A stretch of DNA of 64,000 bases, taken from NCBI GenBank assembly GCA_050249695.1, contig JBFWQA010000002.1:449842-513841 (forward strand). The letters are read 5' to 3'. Made by a program: the position numbers and the translations under genes. Positions 62,661 through 64,000 of the stretch are shown piece after piece. The DNA is from Flavobacteriaceae bacterium (GTDB lineage Bacteria > Pseudomonadota > Alphaproteobacteria > Rhizobiales > Tepidamorphaceae). How positions within the stretch are numbered: the first letter of the stretch is position 1; every line of letters begins with the position of its first letter. The notes beneath the pieces were generated by a model. That model saw only the letters and a list, made by a program, of their open reading frames with translations. It had not been told where the DNA came from and ran no database searches.

Positions 62661-62760
62661 GGAAACCTCCAGACATGCAAAATGGGAACGGCGCGGCAGG
62701 CCGCGGGCGCCGATTCGCCAGCGGGGTTAGCACATGGGTCCCGGCCCGTCACCTCCGGCG

Positions 62761-64000
62761 TCAGCCGGACTGCGAAGCGCGGTTCGACGCCAGCGACCAC
62801 GTCACCCTGTTGTGCCGCCCGCAGCGGCCCGTCAGCACGATCTGCTCGGTCCGGCGCGGGCCTGCCAGTGCCGTCAGGAAGACGCTTTCCTCAACCCCGA
62901 TCTCGGCACCGTCGGCGGAGAAAATCCACGAGAAGGCGCTGTCCGTGCGAGAGAACAGCAGAACCCTGCCGTTCTCCTCGTCCAGCGTCGCGCTGATCGC
63001 CGGATGCAGGTGAAAGCGGATGGCGTAGCGACCGGCGGCATTGATCGCCAACTGCCGGTTGTTGGGACCGGTGAAAAGATCCTCGCCCTGCAGCATCGAT
63101 CCGTCGCGCAGCAGTGCGAGGCGGCGGTGATGGATGATCCCGAAGGCGGAGCGGTAACCGTCATGCTCCATGGAGGCGATGGTCATCGTCTCGTTGGTGT
63201 CGATCTTGCCTTCCCGCCTGGCGGGGCCGGAAAGGACCAGCGGGCCGATCCAGTCACGGATGCGCCCCTGGCCGATCATCCGCGCCGAGGACGTGTTGTT
63301 GACGACAGCGGTGGAATGGGCGGCGGTCGCCCGGCAGGCTTCACGCCATTGCGGCGCGGCGGAAGCGGAGGCGGGTGCGCCGCAGTTGACGATGATCGGC
63401 TGCCGGCGATGCGACATCTCGAAGGAGAGCGCCCCGGCATGGGCGCGCGCCGAAACGTGAACCGGCGGCGTCGCGCCGGTATCGGCAACGAGCACGGTGT
63501 CCCCCGCTTCCATGCGCAGATAGCCTGAGAAACGTGCGTTGGGCACGGGCTTGCCGCGATTCTCGTCATAGGCGAGCAGCGTGGCGATGAGGTCGGGCGC
63601 GGAGGAGGATGCCCCGTTGAAGCGGGTAAGGCCGCCGTCACCCAGGCGGAAGAAGCGCAGCATCGGCATCATCCGGTCGATGGCCCGGACCAGGGCGCTG
63701 GGGGGCGGCATGTCGCGCGCGGTGAAGGTCTGGCCGAGCGGCAGCAGATCGAGAAGAAGCTCGACGATCGCCTGCGGGTTGCGGCTGACATGGCCGCCGT
63801 CGGGCAGGATCTGCTTGTCGATCTCCTCGGCCAGCCATTGGGCGTGCCGACGCAGGCTGCGCTCGCGGCCGGCCATGCACAGGCCTGTCAGGGTCAGGGC
63901 GATGGCCGCCGTCAGCCGGGCGGCCCCATCGGTCGCGTCCGGCGAGGTGCGGGCCAGATAGCGTGTCTGCCGCGACAGCGAGCGCATGAAGCGGCGATGG
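62761..64000 (-). CDS. Heparinase II/III-family protein (N-terminus beyond the right window edge)
   Basis: ORF 62761..63987 stays open to the window end. HDGYRSAFGIIHHRRL...-type C-terminal region. It sits upstream of purH, as is common in Rhizobiales. Confidence 0.7.
   Translation of the reverse strand, partial: HRRFMRSLSRQTRYLARTSPDATDGAARLTAAIALTLTGLCMAGRERSLRRHAQWLAEEIDKQILPDGGHVSRNPQAIVELLLDLLPLGQTFTARDMPPPSALVRAIDRMMPMLRFFRLGDGGLTRFNGASSSAPDLIATLLAYDENRGKPVPNARFSGYLRMEAGDTVLVADTGATPPVHVSARAHAGALSFEMSHRRQPIIVNCGAPASASAAPQWREACRATAAHSTAVVNNTSSARMIGQGRIRDWIGPLVLSGPARREGKIDTNETMTIASMEHDGYRSAFGIIHHRRLALLRDGSMLQGEDLFTGPNNRQLAINAAGRYAIRFHLHPAISATLDEENGRVLLFSRTDSAFSWIFSADGAEIGVEESVFLTALAGPRRTEQIVLTGRCGRHNRVTWSLASNRASQSG

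Noticed and set aside
62661-62760. Possible ZTP (pfl) riboswitch upstream of purH
   Set aside because: purH is a classic ZTP-riboswitch target and the spacer contains GCTGGCGAA, reminiscent of ACUGGCG. I could not find the second conserved element (CCGCCUGGGC) or the expected P1/P2 pairing, and the spacer is only 100 nt. An Infernal search would settle it.

Overview
High-GC (by eye, mid-60s %) alphaproteobacterial, Rhizobiales-like chromosomal segment spanning the replication-origin neighbourhood. Species cannot be assigned from sequence alone. Gene order is hisF-hisA-hisH-DUF2628-hisB (minus), hslV-membrane protein-hslU, mltA-smr-HTH, Tim44-like, fxsA, secB, and dnaQ-coaE-aroE-maf-ppsR-like (minus). 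An AT-rich 362-bp gap with a perfect DnaA box follows and is the candidate oriC. Next come hemE-hemJ-rho-mnmE-mnmG-rsmG-parA-parB with two perfect parS palindromes. Further on are holA-lptE-leuS, yggS, an L,D-transpeptidase, an orphan OmpR-type regulator plus a cNMP-binding protein, xthA, lolA-ftsK, an aminotransferase and two tandem glnK-amtB operons. These are followed by tesB, a UbiH-family monooxygenase, Trm112, a LON-N protein, a thioredoxin/TPR protein, a ProX-like deacylase and tRNA-Gly(GCC). A roughly 2.2-kb lower-GC islet of three uncharacterised genes sits next to the tRNA. The rest is sitABCD, an APC permease, an orphan molybdo-hydroxylase large subunit, a 1608-aa NAD-glutamate dehydrogenase coupled to an MFS transporter, purH and a partial heparinase II/III-like gene. 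Most of the window is conserved core genome. I found no CRISPR array, IS element, integrase, prophage or recognisable defence system. The most unexplained items are the tRNA-Gly islet, a structured terminator-capped roughly 185-nt region downstream of lolA (candidate sRNA), and a 178-bp near-identical tract shared by the two glnK paralogues. Many long ORFs in the supplied track are antisense shadows typical of high-GC DNA and were not called. All start codons were chosen by eye from homologue-like N-termini, RBS and overlaps, and are less certain than the gene calls.
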